64,000 nt of DNA from Perna viridis (taxonomy: Eukaryota). The position numbers and the translations under genes are program-made. Numbering within the stretch: position 1 is the first letter of the stretch; the number at the start of each line of letters is the position of its first letter. The notes beneath the pieces are model-generated. The model had not been told where the DNA came from. It saw only the letters and a list, made by a program, of their open reading frames with translations, and made no database searches. Positions 61,811 through 64,000 of this stretch are shown piece by piece. The stretch covers positions 11,532,001-11,596,000 of the forward strand of contig CM074522.1 in assembly GCA_037379345.1 (NCBI GenBank), read 5' to 3'.

Positions 61811-64000
61811 AATATTCTATATCGAGTATTTGTAGATTGTGACAAAGGTAATCGTAGCCTTTCGAGTTATGTAATCAGATGTAAAAATAAATTCTTCAAT
61901 TTTACGCCTTTTTAGAAAATATAGCACACAAAGCAGATGAACTTTTACACTGGCCTTTCGAAGCGTTTATAAGACATTTAGATCGTTATTGTACTTATGT
62001 TTTGACGACACAATAGCGGCCAGAGGTAAGAGGCGTTAAACAAAGAGTAAAGGTGCAACAAGTTTAATTCCAAAGTTTAAATACAATTAAATAAAGAAAT
62101 GGCAATACGAAACAAAATAAACAGTCATTTGACAACGTAAAAATTAAAAATTAGTTTTAATGGCATTAAGAATTTAAAAAGAAAATAAGCCAGCACATAG
62201 CATCCGATAACTTAATCAACTAAGCAAAAGTATGAAACTACTAATCTCATTCAACTTAGAATACGCAGATGTGTTACATTGTAATCTTTTTTCAATTACA
62301 AGTAAAGTGGAGTTATTTACAAGCTGTATAATGAATATCTTCATTGTACCAGTTAATGATATTTCAACAGGAAAGAATTTCGTTGCGCATACTGCAGACA
62401 GGCAGACAGATAAATGTCAATGTATTGTGACCAATATACAAGTTTTGAATTCACCCTTCCATACATAAAACAAACAACTAAACTATAATCTTGCTTTAGT
62501 CCATTGTACCACTTTTTTGCAACATTGTCTAACGTCAAAAAGTGAACAGATTGTTCATTAAGAACAAATAATCATATACAATATTTCAACAACCTGATAA
62601 ACCTACAAAAGGTGCTACTATAGGAACTTTTTACTAAGAAACTATATAAATATAAAAAAAATGTGTGCCGTTGTTTTTAGGTAGCATGGTATAAAGAGTA
62701 CTATTTAGTTTGCTTGAAACACCCTTCACATTAACTAAATATACACTCATCAACTATGACTTCATATTGTATGACGTTACATATATTATGATATTTATTA
62801 CCGTTTTCTTCTTGGATAAATAGATGAATTTAAGTCTATTGAAAGGGTTTGGGAAATATGAAAATTGAAAATCGTGCATTTTAATTGTAAAAAAATATAT
62901 CGGACTTTTAAACATACGACTTATGACAAACAATTTACAAAAAGCCTCCGACCTCAGTTTACTAATCAAACTTAACAGTACATATAAATTAGTGTCTACA
63001 TACATAAGAACAAAACGATAATAGTAACAATAAGACAACAATGATTTTTTTATTTAAAAAAGAGAACAATAGGTTAAGTTATTTAAGCAACAAATCATAA
63101 AAGCAGTTGTTTTAAAACAGAGGTAATAGAATAATACATATTCAAACAAACAGGCAACGAAACTTTTCTATGATTTTACAACTTACCTCCGTGGGACATC
63201 AAATCATTTTAATACTCCTTTACAAAAATCCGAACATAAAAAAATCCATTTGATCAGTTACTACTTCTTCTCATAAAACAATACAATCTAATTGGCCGCC
63301 AAAGGATAAAGCTAATTACCGCATGTCCAATTTGGTTGCAATTCACCCTATTTCAACAGACGGGACGCATATCATAGTTGCAAACATATGGCATTGTAAA
63401 CAAAAGCAGAATTACCTGCTGAAGTCATAGACAACTGATAAATTATACTCCAGAGAAAAATGTGTACTTATTTAAGTAATTTTCAATCACTAAAATCGTG
63501 TAATATAGATCATAAAATACTTTGGCGTGATGCCTAATATTCAAAGAAGTAGAAATAACGTTTACCAATGTTAAGTCTTGATTTGTCCTTTTGGCATTCT
63601 AAGACGACGTTTCCTTTTAATACAATTGCTTCATCATCTGACTAATCAATTGATCTAATCATATAAAGTGGAAGGTCTCCGTAAAATATCAAAAAGCTTA
63701 AAATAACATTTTTCATTAATGGAAAACATTCCCTGCCAAGTCATCACTTTTCAATATAGGACAATCATTCCAAAAACTACATTTCATTTTTAATTTTTAC
63801 TTTAAAAGAAAGGACAACCTTAAATTCTTAAGTCTGTTCTATAATTCTAGTAATAATGAAATTTTATCTACATTAATGTTTCATTTAAATGAATATTGGT
63901 TCAGATTTGAATTTTTGGGCGATTATGAATTCGGGAAAGAGGTGGGGGACTTGGAATTTTACCGTGCAATATGCAGTATAAAAAGGAAGTTATGTTTGTT

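Overview
AT-rich, intron-rich animal DNA, most likely a bivalve mollusc; this is inferred from the repeat families and not tested. The one clear host gene is a complete neprilysin-like M13 zinc metallopeptidase on the minus strand. I rebuilt it by hand as 23 coding exons, from ATG at 34615 to TAG at 6947-6949 (2304 nt, 767 aa). All junctions are GT-AG, all phases are compatible, and the protein has an N-terminal TM helix plus [18 protein letters not shown] and a terminal CxxW. The rest is mostly transposon-derived: a decayed Ngaro/DIRS-type tyrosine-recombinase retrotransposon (1-~2950); about 12 pieces of a Penelope-like (probably Naiad-type) element with a conserved structured 3' module; an RTE LINE fragment; TTAA-flanked Kolobok-type and TA-flanked Tc1/mariner-type MITEs; foldback palindromes; and minisatellites. 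The most notable item is a ~520-nt non-coding retroposon present at 8 loci with TSDs and (CAAT)n tails. It has no tRNA head. Five copies start within 1 nt of the same position with a candidate H-type pseudoknot, followed by a chain of hairpins, and some pairs change compensatorily between copies. All folds and family assignments were made by eye, with no database searches.
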